Source of the DNA: Polyangiaceae bacterium
GTDB lineage: Bacteria > Myxococcota_A > Polyangia > Polyangiales > Polyangiaceae
Length of the DNA stretch: 64,000 bases
NCBI GenBank assembly: GCA_965222375.1
Contig: CBDCTZ010000016.1
Coordinates: forward strand, 128,001 to 192,000
Direction of reading: 5' to 3'
A program made the translations under genes and the position numbers. This document shows positions 1 to 9,255 of the stretch, one piece after another (the first letter of the stretch is position 1; each line of letters begins with the position of its first letter). A model generated the notes under the pieces. It saw nothing but the letters and a program-made list of their open reading frames with translations, was not told the DNA's origin and did not search any database.

Positions 1-416
1 GGGTAGAAGAAGGTCTCGTTGTCCAAGCCGGTCTGTTGGAACGCGGTCATGAAGAAGCGCTCCAGCATTGGCTTGGCTGAGTCGCTGGCGATCCAGGTGT
101 CGATCAGGCCACCCAATGCGTTCGGATCGCTCTCGAGCTGTTGAAGCTCTGCGTCTTCCAGAGGCAGCCCTGTGAGCAGGGACTTGACCTTGCCGCCGTA
201 GGAGTGGGGCTTCAGCAACGCATCCACGTTGCACTCGCCGGTCGGACCCGATGGTTTCCAGGTCGTTTCTTTGCCGTTTTCCGGGCCACCAGCCGCGCGG
301 CCGTCTTTGGTGTCGAGCTCGCCGGCGCAACTCACGATCAGAACGCTCAGACCGACTGCGGACGTAACCGAGCGCATACCATCCGCCCAAAACCGCTTCT
401 TGCCTCCAATCTTCAC
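1..416 (-). CDS. Myxobacterial lipoprotein of unknown function, runs off the window edge
   Basis: Open frame from GTG 416 (overlapping the upstream TGA) or ATG 377: MRSVTSAVGLSVLIVSC lipobox, then YGGKVKSLLTGLPLEDAEL...LIDTWI...FFMTAFQQ. Absent from the ORF track because no stop lies in the window. Confidence 0.75.
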   Translation of the reverse strand, partial: MKIGGKKRFWADGMRSVTSAVGLSVLIVSCAGELDTKDGRAAGGPENGKETTWKPSGPTGECNVDALLKPHSYGGKVKSLLTGLPLEDAELQQLESDPNALGGLIDTWIASDSAKPMLERFFMTAFQQTGLDNETFFY

Positions 417-1963
417 GGCGCCATTCCTCCTGCCAACCACTGCGCGATGACCTGCACTTGGGCATCACCGAAGTCGGCTCCTTTGCTGGCGGCCGGGGGC
501 ATGTTGCCCGCGTCCACAACTCGCTTCTGGATCTGCTCGGACAGGTTGGTCCAAGCTCCGTAGGTGGACATCACTGGACCCGAATCCGAACTGCCCCGGT
601 GGCAATCGCTGCCGCTGCAATGCTTTTCGACTATCGGCTTGATGTCCGCCTCCCAGCTGCGCTCGATCTCGGGCAAGCGCTTCATGAGCAGCGTGCGGCT
701 CGCGCCGGCGGACTCGACGACCAGCTCGTGCCATCCCACTTCGTTCAGGCGCAAGTCGCCAGTCATCGCATTGGACGCCGAATCGGGCGTCAGCAAGAGC
801 GGCTTGCCGTCGAGAGAAGCCGACACGCTGGCCGACGCGTCGCTAGGCGTGACGGAAAAGCTGTAGTCGAGCTCCTTGCTCCGGCTGTAGGGGCGCAGCC
901 CACTGATGCGGAACATTGCTCCCGTCGCGACATGGCAAGCAGAACCTCCGCGGCTGACCCACACACCACCAGCGTGGGCGAAGACGCTGTCAATCGCGCC
1001 ACTGCCGCCGCTAGGCAACGAGACCTCCTGCCATTGCCCACTCGAAAGCCGCAACAGCCGCCCTCCAGAAGTCAGCCAAAGCTGCCCAGCTGCTGCGCTC
1101 AAGTTCTCGGGCGCGCCATCGGGGAAGGTCCAGGGTTGCCAGGCGTCTGGTCCCACCCAGAGTTGCTCGCCGTCGACGACACCGAGGGTGACCGTCGCGT
1201 CAGCACCCCGGGTGACCGCGGCTGCTTTCAGCGCCTCGAACTTGACCGGGCGGTGCACGGTGGTCGGCGCGACCCGCCACAACGTGCCATCCGGAGACGT
1301 CATCCACGCGTTGTCATCGCGGCCTTGGCACTCGCCCTGATGACGAACCAACTCCGTGGGAGCCGCGTTGCCGCCAGCACCCGGCGTCCAGCCCCACCAC
1401 TGATCGTCTTCGCGTCGTTCGTACAGCTTGCCACTGCAGAGCAGCGAGCCGTTGGTTCCCGGATCGCCACAGAAACCGGCGGTGGCCGTGAAACCTTGGG
1501 GCGGCGACAGCTGCACTCGCGCCAGGTCTTCCAGCCGCCACAGCCCGTCCTCGGTGATGATCGCCGCGTCGGTCTGTGACCACGCTTGCAGGCGTCGGAT
1601 CTGCGTCAGCTCGATCTCGTCGGACAGCACGTTGCTCTGGTCGAAGGCGTCCAAAACTCGGAGCGTGCTCGTCGTGGATTGCTCCGCGACCAACCAGGCG
1701 TGGCCCTCGGGGCTGACCGAAACCAGCTGCTCACCGCTCGCCATATCGACGCAGAAGCCCTGGCCGGAGACGACCTGGAGACTCTGGGGCACCTGCTTCG
1801 GTTCGACATCCGGCGGAGGTGCCGGGCCGCCCGAACCGCTGATTTCCCCGGTGCAGCTGAGGCTGAGGGCGGCAACCAAGACTGGCAAGCCGCGCAGCGC
1901 TGCTGCAGCACTGTAACTTTTCAATCCGAGGGGAGCATCGAGCATCACGAAAAGTGCGCCCAC
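413..1963 (-). CDS. Lipoprotein with beta-rich body and C-terminal cytochrome-c-like domain
   Basis: Lipobox LSLSC; Trp-rich repeats; C-terminal SWEADIKPIVEKHCSGSDCH...GNMPP...IAQWLAGG. Start uncertain. Confidence 0.7.
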   Translation of the reverse strand: MGALFVMLDAPLGLKSYSAAAALRGLPVLVAALSLSCTGEISGSGGPAPPPDVEPKQVPQSLQVVSGQGFCVDMASGEQLVSVSPEGHAWLVAEQSTTSTLRVLDAFDQSNVLSDEIELTQIRRLQAWSQTDAAIITEDGLWRLEDLARVQLSPPQGFTATAGFCGDPGTNGSLLCSGKLYERREDDQWWGWTPGAGGNAAPTELVRHQGECQGRDDNAWMTSPDGTLWRVAPTTVHRPVKFEALKAAAVTRGADATVTLGVVDGEQLWVGPDAWQPWTFPDGAPENLSAAAGQLWLTSGGRLLRLSSGQWQEVSLPSGGSGAIDSVFAHAGGVWVSRGGSACHVATGAMFRISGLRPYSRSKELDYSFSVTPSDASASVSASLDGKPLLLTPDSASNAMTGDLRLNEVGWHELVVESAGASRTLLMKRLPEIERSWEADIKPIVEKHCSGSDCHRGSSDSGPVMSTYGAWTNLSEQIQKRVVDAGNMPPAASKGADFGDAQVQVIAQWLAGGMAP

Positions 1964-2296
1964 CGAGGGAAGTGTGAGTGAGCGCCGGATATGCCCCTAC
2001 ATGATCCATACCAACTTGCTGTTCACACTTCTTGGGGAGCAGCGAGCGCCAAAAACATGCGGCGGTCCCGATCCCCACGGGTCGCACGCTGGTGCGACGC
2101 AGCGCGACCCGTCACGGCGTGAAACACGTCGCGCGTCGCAGTGCTGACAGGTTGCGCGACGTCGAAGGTCGCACTGCCTGGCAAGCACCCGAGAGGTACC
2201 AACCACGAGTGCCAACCGCAGGTTGGCGCCGCCGCGGCCCATGTTACGGTCCGCCGCATCGTGTCAAAGAGCCTCACCGATCTGACGTGCACCTTG

Positions 2297-2863
2297 ATGA
2301 GCAGCTGGCTCGAGGAGGGATCGATCCCTGACCAAGCCGTCGAGGGCGTCGGTCCACGCCTCGCGGAAGTCTTCGAGACCAAGCCCGACGAGCTGCTCTT
2401 GGAGAGCTTTCAGGATCCCGAAGGGGACTGGAGTGGTGTGCCGATCGAATTCTCGGACGCCTTCGATGGCGCGTTTTCGTTCATCGCCCCCGACCGTTGG
2501 GACGGCGTGGCGCAAGAAGGCAACGTCGCTCAGATCGCGGAGGAGGGTGAAGCGCGGTTGACCGTCGTGCTCGTGCCCATCGACGAGTGGAGTGAAACCC
2601 TGGAGGGCTATTTCGAACGCCACGATGTAGAGGCGCTCTGGTTCGCCCCCCGCCATGGCGACATCTATTTGCACTGGGCCTGGGTGACCGGCGGCGAAGA
2701 TGGTTCACCCTGGTGGGTATGGTCCGTCAACTCGTCGGGGGACTGGATTGTGCTGACCAAAGGTGACGCAACCGACGCGGAATCGCTGAGCGAACAGCTC
2801 GGCGTCGCGCTGAGCTCCAACCCCTGGGCAGGTTGGATCGGCGCCGCGCAAACACAGGAGTGA
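2297..2863 (+). CDS. Hypothetical acidic protein
   Basis: ORF 2141..2863; protein-like sequence from ATG 2297; stop overlaps the next GTG. Confidence 0.6.
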   Translation: MSSWLEEGSIPDQAVEGVGPRLAEVFETKPDELLLESFQDPEGDWSGVPIEFSDAFDGAFSFIAPDRWDGVAQEGNVAQIAEEGEARLTVVLVPIDEWSETLEGYFERHDVEALWFAPRHGDIYLHWAWVTGGEDGSPWWVWSVNSSGDWIVLTKGDATDAESLSEQLGVALSSNPWAGWIGAAQTQE

Positions 2864-3750
2864 GCAGCATCTTGGCGGCTGCACATTCGCGAGCGCTGTT
2901 CGCGTTGAGCATTGCCCTCTTCCTTTTCGATTGCCGCTCTGCCAGGCGCAGCCCGACCGAACGGGGTGCGTCTGCCCCGGTGGCAGTTCCAACGGCGAGC
3001 GCCGTTCGCCCGGAAGACCCAGCGCCGCGCAGCATCAACTGCGGCGACGCCGCTTGTAGAGTCGGCAAGGAGCGCTGCTGTGATGTTGGCGAGACCCTGC
3101 GCTGCACCGCGGAGAAACCGGGTTTCGCTCAGCAGGAATTCGAAGCGTCCGTGTGCCGACCCGCGACGGCGCAGGAACCGAGTTCCGGGCGGGTGCTCCT
3201 CTGCGACGACAGCGGAGACTGCGCCAGCAGGCAGCGCTGCTGCATGACGGATGAGGGCATGCCGGACTGGTACGCGGCGCGCTGCGTTCCGGGGGTTGGA
3301 GATTGCACCCATGGCGAACTGTGCAGCGACGAAGGCGGCTGTCGGCCCCCCCACCGCTGCGTTGATGGGCGCTGCCTGACTCCAGCCGCAGAGCGTCGTG
3401 TGAGCTGCGGGAAACTGACCTGCTCGGGCGCTACGCCGGTTTGTTGCGTGCCCCGAGACGAGGAGAGTGCTCCAAAATGCTCTACTAGTGGCGATTGCCG
3501 TGCCGAGGGTGGCAATCCCTACGAGTGTACTGGCGCAGCTGACTGCGGCGCACTCCAGTTCTGCATGGAGCTGTACTGGGGCTCGCGTTGCTTCGGCAGC
3601 TACCCCAACGGGGGCTTGAGAGGCTTGTGCCGCACCAAAGCCGATTGCAAGCCATGGATGTGGAACGACCAACCGAAACCGGGCGTGCGCATTGACTGCG
3701 TCGCGCACGACGAGAAGTCCTGGTTGAAACGCTGCGTCCAGATCGAGTGA
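2860..3750 (+). CDS. Cys-rich secreted protein or lipoprotein
   Basis: Hydrophobic N-terminus ending LFLFDC; many CC/CxxC motifs. Confidence 0.65.
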   Translation: MSSILAAAHSRALFALSIALFLFDCRSARRSPTERGASAPVAVPTASAVRPEDPAPRSINCGDAACRVGKERCCDVGETLRCTAEKPGFAQQEFEASVCRPATAQEPSSGRVLLCDDSGDCASRQRCCMTDEGMPDWYAARCVPGVGDCTHGELCSDEGGCRPPHRCVDGRCLTPAAERRVSCGKLTCSGATPVCCVPRDEESAPKCSTSGDCRAEGGNPYECTGAADCGALQFCMELYWGSRCFGSYPNGGLRGLCRTKADCKPWMWNDQPKPGVRIDCVAHDEKSWLKRCVQIE

Positions 3751-3765
3751 TGCGCTCTGGAAGAG

Positions 3766-4119
3766 CTACATCGCGCGGCCGTCAATGACGGTGATCTCGA
3801 GGGCAAAGGGATCGATGGCATCGACGCAACCCAAGTTCACGCGATAGCCCTGCTTGTCGTCGCCGTGATACGGGTAGATCCCGCACTGCTTGCAGAACAA
3901 GTGGTTCACGTCGTGGTCGCCCCAGCGGTAGTCGCTCATCTCGTCCTTGCCGGAGAGCAGCTCGAAGTCCCCAGCCGGGAAGTAGCCTGATGACATCACG
4001 GCGCCCTTGCGCACGCAGATCGAACAGTTGCAGCGCTTGCCCGTCGTGATCTCGTCGGACTGAAACGAAAACCGCACTCGCCCACAGTGACAGCGACCCT
4101 CGTACTTGCGTTTAGCCAT
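3766..4119 (-). CDS. GFA/CENP-V family zinc protein
   Basis: GRCHCG, CNCSIC, FCKQCG and VNLGC motifs. Confidence 0.9.
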   Translation of the reverse strand: MAKRKYEGRCHCGRVRFSFQSDEITTGKRCNCSICVRKGAVMSSGYFPAGDFELLSGKDEMSDYRWGDHDVNHLFCKQCGIYPYHGDDKQGYRVNLGCVDAIDPFALEITVIDGRAM

Positions 4120-4273
4120 GGCGCCCTGTGTAGCCCAGTCGGCCGCCTAGGAGTAGCGACCCAGCAAGGCCCGAAGCGAGAGTCGCGGCCCAGCGCCGGC
4201 CCAGCACCCCGTCGACCTGTCGGGTATCGCGCAGCGCGTCACTCGACCCCCAAACCAACCACCGAAACCGCAC

Positions 4274-4924
4274 CTAGTCGAAGGGGTTCACGAGGTCGCC
4301 TTTTGGCCTCTTGGGCTTGGGCGTGACCTTCGGCGGCGGGGGAGCTTTGGGTTGCTTCGGTTTCGGTGGTTTCGAAATCGGCACCGGAGCGGCAGGCGCG
4401 CTGGCGCTGGGCGCCGCGCTTGGGTTCGCCAATGGGCTGTCGAAGAAGCGCTCGACCTTGTCGGCGAGCTCCTTGTCGTGGAGCAGGCGCGAGACGAGCC
4501 CCTTGCCGCTCAGCGCAGAGGACAGGAGTTTTTCTGCGCTGGCCATGGCGGCCTCACCCTTCTTGCTGAGGGCGCCTCTGGCGCAACTGATCTCGCCACC
4601 GGGTGCGATCGTCGCTGCCTCGACCTTGCCGGGCTCAACGCTGAGATGCGTGTCGCTGCCAAGCCCATACCAGCCTACCCCAACGCAGGTGCTCGTCGTC
4701 ACCTTGAAGCCCCGAGCGTTGCGCAGATCGAATTGAACCCGCGCCTTCGTTCCGTCGAGATCGACCTGGTTCACCCTCCCGACCTGAACGCCGGCGATGT
4801 ACACGTTGGCGCCGGTTTTCAAACCGCCCGCATCTTCGAGCACGACCGTGTAGTTCTTTGCCTTGGGCGAGTTGTCACAAGCCACGATGAGGGGAAGCAA
4901 TGTGAGAACACCGAGTCGTTTCAT
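4274..4924 (-). CDS. MlaD/MCE-domain lipoprotein
   Basis: MKRLGV...IVAC lipobox; DAGGLKTGANVYIAGVQVGRV MCE signature; Pro/Lys-rich tail. Confidence 0.85.
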   Translation of the reverse strand: MKRLGVLTLLPLIVACDNSPKAKNYTVVLEDAGGLKTGANVYIAGVQVGRVNQVDLDGTKARVQFDLRNARGFKVTTSTCVGVGWYGLGSDTHLSVEPGKVEAATIAPGGEISCARGALSKKGEAAMASAEKLLSSALSGKGLVSRLLHDKELADKVERFFDSPLANPSAAPSASAPAAPVPISKPPKPKQPKAPPPPKVTPKPKRPKGDLVNPFD

Positions 4925-5029
4925 GCTGCGAGGTTTACACGGGAGGCCACGGCGCAACAACGCTGCGGGCCCGATGGTTCCCGGGCGTCGCAACCAACAC
5001 CGCTGCGCTGCGCCCGCTCGGGTAGCCGC

Positions 5030-6106
5030 TCAACGCCGCAGCCGCGCGCGCGCCTCGTCGGCCAATTCGTCCAAGGCCGCCTCTTCGAGCTGTGCGGCGT
5101 CGTCCCGGTCGGATTCTTCGAACTCGGCGGAATCGTTCGGTGCCGGGCTTTCGAATCCGGTGGCGCTGTCGGCGAAAGAGCCGTCGCCGGCGCGGCGGTC
5201 TGTGTCGACCCGAACCCGCGGCGGCGCGCTCGGTTCCGAAATCACCGGCGGTGCGAAGGGCGAGAAAGGCTCCGGGGACGGAGAGCATGCCGCGCGCAGC
5301 ATGGGGATACTCTCGGGCGCGATGTACAGCTCCCACGACCGCGGGAAATAGCCCAGCGGCGTCCTCGTCTTCCGCGAATAGGGCGCGAGCTTGAAGCTGT
5401 TCCCGCTCGGAAAGGCAAGGTGGATTTGGGCGCGCACGTCGTCGAACTCGATGTTGACGTCTTGTCGCGCCGCTTCTTCGAGCACGCGATCGCCCTTGCG
5501 AATGCGCACCCGGCCATCGTCGAATTCCAATCCATGGCTGGGTCGCTTCAAACCCCAAACCGACAGCGCTTGGTTGATGAGCAGGAAGATCGCGAACGGT
5601 CCCACAAACGAACCCATGAAGGTCAGGTAGTTCATACGAAGATTGGCCGCGAGCACGAAGCTCATGACCAGCGCGAGCGAAATGAGAACCCAATTCAAGG
5701 CTCGAGAAACTCGATGCAAGTCGAAATACTGGCGCATGGTCCGCCGCTCGCGACTGGGCCCACGATAGTCCTGAGGCGCCGGGTGCACAGTGCGCCACGC
5801 CGACTGCAGCGCGACCATGAACGCGTGGAAGTCATGAGCAGCCATTTCCCCATTCACCCGCTGCACCGGCGCGCGGCTTTCGTGGGCATAGTGCGCACCC
5901 CGCGCGCCAATCACGAAGGCCTCGCCATCATCGAGCGACAGCGCGACCCCAGGCCCTCGCCCGAGCCACTTGCCGACGCCGACCTTGCCTTCGGACAGCG
6001 GAAACAGGCGCGAGCCCTCCAGCCCCTCCACGACGACGCCGTCCGTCGTGACGCTGAGTTGATAGCGTCGGTGCGGCTTCTTCGAATCGAAGGCCCACCA
6101 GGTCAT
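5030..6106 (-). CDS. Hypothetical membrane protein with two TM helices
   Basis: ATG 6106 avoids overlap with the cupin gene; two central hydrophobic segments; acidic tail. Confidence 0.6.
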   Translation of the reverse strand: MTWWAFDSKKPHRRYQLSVTTDGVVVEGLEGSRLFPLSEGKVGVGKWLGRGPGVALSLDDGEAFVIGARGAHYAHESRAPVQRVNGEMAAHDFHAFMVALQSAWRTVHPAPQDYRGPSRERRTMRQYFDLHRVSRALNWVLISLALVMSFVLAANLRMNYLTFMGSFVGPFAIFLLINQALSVWGLKRPSHGLEFDDGRVRIRKGDRVLEEAARQDVNIEFDDVRAQIHLAFPSGNSFKLAPYSRKTRTPLGYFPRSWELYIAPESIPMLRAACSPSPEPFSPFAPPVISEPSAPPRVRVDTDRRAGDGSFADSATGFESPAPNDSAEFEESDRDDAAQLEEAALDELADEARARLRR

Positions 6107-6155
6107 GCGAGCTTCGTTCAAGACGGCTCCAGACGAAGCGAGCTGCGGGGCGCCG

Positions 6156-6638
6156 TCAATACGGCGTTCCGTCTTTGCGGGTGAACTGCCACTTGCCGTC
6201 ACTGCCCAGTGCAGCCTTCAGGTCATCGTCCGGATAGATCGCAGCGTCCCCGGGCCCGCGGTCGCCAATTTCCAGAAACACCACGTCCTCGGCGCTGCGA
6301 TTGACCAAGTGGTGCCCGTTGCCGGTTCCCGCTTTGAAGCCCGCGCACATGCCCGGGCTCAGTTGGGTTTCACCTTCGTCGGTGATGAGCAACGGACGGC
6401 CCGACAAGATGTACACAAACTCGTCCTGCTTGGTATGCGCATGGCGCAGTGCCGACGCCGCACCCGGTGCGAGCTGCGTCAAGTTGACTCCGAAGGTGGA
6501 CAGCCCGAAAGCGTTGCCCAACGCGCGCTTCACTCGCCCCTGCATGCGCGAGGCAAATGGCTCAGGGTAATTCGACAGCTTGTCGCGTGGTGCGACCTCC
6601 GCCGCCACAACAGCCACGGGCAATTTGCTCTGGGTCAT
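6156..6638 (-). CDS. Cupin-domain protein
   Basis: GVNLTQLAPG..SALRHAHTKQDEFVYILSG...GHHLVN cupin metal motifs. Confidence 0.9.
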   Translation of the reverse strand: MTQSKLPVAVVAAEVAPRDKLSNYPEPFASRMQGRVKRALGNAFGLSTFGVNLTQLAPGAASALRHAHTKQDEFVYILSGRPLLITDEGETQLSPGMCAGFKAGTGNGHHLVNRSAEDVVFLEIGDRGPGDAAIYPDDDLKAALGSDGKWQFTRKDGTPY

Positions 6639-6744
6639 GAGCCGATCTGTAGCTCCGCGTGCAGCAGAAGCCCAGGTCGCCGGAAGATAGGCCGCCAGCG
6701 ACGCAGGGCGCGCGCTTGGCGCGACGCCAGAGCAACGCTTCCGC

Positions 6745-7587
6745 TCAGTCTCGCGCGCAGCGAAAGCCTAGATCCTCGCCCTGAAACTCCGGCGCCAGAG
6801 CGCTGCGCGCCGTGCTGCGAATGTGCCAAGGATCGTGAGCGCCACCCCGAGCGACGCGCTGTCCCGAAGCTTTCGCACCAGAACTGCGCGCCACGTACGT
6901 GTCTGCCACCCACTCGTCGACGCCACCCGCCATGTCCAAGACGCCAAAGGGACTCTCGCCTTTCGGGTGGCTGCCGACAGCGGGGCGCGGCACCTTGCAC
7001 GTAGTGTAGTGGGCAAGTTGGCAGCTCGGCTTGGCGTTGCCCCAAGGATAAGTGCGCCCGTCGCTGCCGCGGGCCGCCTTCTCCCACTCCGCTTCACTGG
7101 GCAAGCGCCCGCCGATGAACGCGCAATAGGCTCGAGCTTCACTCCAACTCACACCGACCACGGCATGCTTCGGTTTCCGTTTTGGTTGGAAGGCATGGGT
7201 GGGGATCGTGCAGCGCCCGGCGTCGATACACTTCTGATAGTCAGCCTGGGTGACCTCGGTGCGTTGGATGCGAAAGCGGCCCAGGTGGCGCTTTTGTTTG
7301 GGGCGCTCCTCTTCGGGACAATGGGTGCCGGGCGCCGGATCACAGCCAAAGCTGAATTCACCGGCAGGCACAGAAACCCAATCGGAAGCGGACACAGCCG
7401 CGGACGACGATGGCGCGGGCGGCGCAGGCCATTTTGGTGCAGCGATTGCGGAGCTGGCAGACGTGGGCGCGATGGTAGACGCCGCGACTTGGGTCGCCGC
7501 TGACTTGTCGGACGGTTTGTCCTTGTCGCAGCCGACGGCGCAGAAGATCCCCGCGCCTACAGCGATAGCTCGCAACCCTGGCGTCAC
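6745..7587 (-). CDS. FGE-sulfatase (SUMF1/EgtB/PvdO) family lipoprotein
   Basis: Lipobox AVGC; TEVT, RLPSEAEWEKAARG, YPWG, DMAGGVDEW and LGFRCAR motifs. Confidence 0.88.
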   Translation of the reverse strand: MTPGLRAIAVGAGIFCAVGCDKDKPSDKSAATQVAASTIAPTSASSAIAAPKWPAPPAPSSSAAVSASDWVSVPAGEFSFGCDPAPGTHCPEEERPKQKRHLGRFRIQRTEVTQADYQKCIDAGRCTIPTHAFQPKRKPKHAVVGVSWSEARAYCAFIGGRLPSEAEWEKAARGSDGRTYPWGNAKPSCQLAHYTTCKVPRPAVGSHPKGESPFGVLDMAGGVDEWVADTYVARSSGAKASGQRVARGGAHDPWHIRSTARSALAPEFQGEDLGFRCARD

Positions 7588-7611
7588 GCGAGCAGCCTAC
7601 CCCTCAAAGGC

Positions 7612-8835
7612 ATGACTCGGGAATCCGAGCGAAGAGTCGCGCGTTGTCGCGTGGGAGCAATGGGGCTGACTCGGCGAGAGTGGCTTGCGGCAGCGGCGGC
7701 TGCAAGCTGCAGCGTTTCGGAACGGGCCGGGCGCCAAAAGCGAACGCTGGCCGCCCGAAAGCCCCGCCCAACCCGCGCCCCGATCCAATCGGGACACTCC
7801 CTGCTGAAAGCGCGCCACCCGAGCCTCGGGCTTGCCCACCTGACTTTGGGTGAATTTCCAACTCGCTGTGAACACGCCAAACAGCTGAGTCGTAAGCTCG
7901 GTCTCGAGCTGTGGGTCAAGCGTGACGATCTGGCCAGCACCTTCTTCGGTGGCGGCAAGGTGCGCAAGCTCGAGTTGCTCCTCGCCGACGCCCGGCAGCA
8001 GAAGCGAACATCGGTTGTCACCTTCGGCGGCGCCGGCTCCAACCAATGCTTGGCCACCGCGCTCTTCGCGCCGCGCGCCGGACTGAAAGCCGAAATCGTG
8101 CTCGCGCCGCAACCCCCGTCGACCCACGTGGCCGCCCAGCTCCGCGCCATGGCAAACACCCACGCGCAGATCCACTTCGCCGCTGAGGTCGGACGCGCCG
8201 AAGCCGAAGCCACCGCAGCCATGGGGCGAGATCCGAAAGCACCCGCCGCCATCCCCGCGGGCGGAACCAATGCCCTCGGCAACCTAGCCTACGTGAGCGC
8301 CGCGCTGGAATTGGACGCCCAGATCCGCGGCGGCCTGTTACCCGAACCGAGCTGGATCGTCATCGCAGCGGGTACTCTCGGCAGCGCGGTTGGCCTCTCC
8401 CTGGGCCTGACGCTCACGAAGCGCAAGACGCGCGTGCTCGCAGTCCGAGCCTCGAGCCAAAACTACTCCAACATGGCTCGCGCTCGTGCGTTGTACGAAG
8501 AGACCGCGCGCTTTGCATCCACGCGCGACGCCACATTCCCCAAACCAAGCTTCGACCCGCAGCGCCTGGTACTGGAATCTCGGGAGCTCGGCGGCGGCTA
8601 CGGTCGCGCGACTCCCGCGGGCGATGACGCCACGCGCATCGCCACCGATCTCGAAGGCTACCACCTCGAACCCACCTACACCGCCAAAGCCCTCGCCGCG
8701 CTGATCCGCACCGACCGGCTCGCCACGCCAGGACCCATCTTGCTCTGGCTCACCCAAAGCGCGGCGTCGCCACCCCAATCCGCCACCCCGAAACAACGCC
8801 TCCCCCGCGAACTGCACGCCTATCTAGACACCTGA
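7612..8835 (+). CDS. PLP-dependent D-cysteine desulfhydrase / ACC deaminase family enzyme
   Basis: LWVKRDD, GGGKVRKLE (PLP Lys), GSNQ, PAGG and LEPTYTAKA. Alternative start ATG 7660 begins TRREWLAAAAAASC. Confidence 0.85.
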   Translation: MTRESERRVARCRVGAMGLTRREWLAAAAAASCSVSERAGRQKRTLAARKPRPTRAPIQSGHSLLKARHPSLGLAHLTLGEFPTRCEHAKQLSRKLGLELWVKRDDLASTFFGGGKVRKLELLLADARQQKRTSVVTFGGAGSNQCLATALFAPRAGLKAEIVLAPQPPSTHVAAQLRAMANTHAQIHFAAEVGRAEAEATAAMGRDPKAPAAIPAGGTNALGNLAYVSAALELDAQIRGGLLPEPSWIVIAAGTLGSAVGLSLGLTLTKRKTRVLAVRASSQNYSNMARARALYEETARFASTRDATFPKPSFDPQRLVLESRELGGGYGRATPAGDDATRIATDLEGYHLEPTYTAKALAALIRTDRLATPGPILLWLTQSAASPPQSATPKQRLPRELHAYLDT

Positions 8836-8857
8836 GGCTTTCCGCAGGCACGCGGAA

Positions 8858-8880
8858 CTTATATGCATAATGCATATAAG
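8858..8880. repeat. Perfect 11-bp AT-rich inverted repeat
   Basis: CTTATATGCAT-A-ATGCATATAAG, read directly. Confidence 0.85.
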
Positions 8881-9255
8881 CCTTGGCTTGGTTTTATTTT
8901 AGGTTGGATGTGCCGGACCCTTGCGTCATCGGCACCTCGCCCGGTGCGCCGGGGGCGCGGTAGAGCTCCCGTCACCGTCCCACCCCGGCGGCTCATGATT
9001 CCACACAGCTTGATGGGTGAGGCCTGGCGGCTTGGCGGTTTTCTTCCCAGGCTTTCAGCCAAGAGGTGCGCCACCCCGGCGGATCGGACCGAGATCTGTA
9101 CGAGCACGACGGCGGGCCTCGTGGGAGCGAACATGCGCGTCTGGGCAGCGAGGACGAAGGCAGCTCTGTTGCCAACAAAAAAACAAACTCCCGGACGCTG
9201 CCCCTTGCCGAAATACTCGTTGGCACCATGACCTCGCTTGATATTGGTGGGTCGA

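Noticed and set aside
2110..2127. parS-like CGTGAAACA; similar half-sites near 31795 and 61015
   Set aside because: Half-sites only, each with at least four mismatches to TGTTTCACGTGAAACA.
4352..6184. 610-aa plus-strand ORF and many other long overlapping ORFs
   Set aside because: Antisense or alternate-frame shadows of real genes in GC-rich DNA, with no recognisable motifs.
6745..8835. Ergothioneine/ovothiol-type pathway from FGE domain plus PLP enzyme
   Set aside because: No DinB-like iron-binding domain or methyltransferase; the PLP enzyme is fold type II and both proteins look exported.
8855..8885. dif-like site (GCATAA-TGCATA resembles the XerC arm and spacer)
   Set aside because: No TTATGTTAAAT-like XerD arm on either strand, and it lies about 45 kb from the probable origin.
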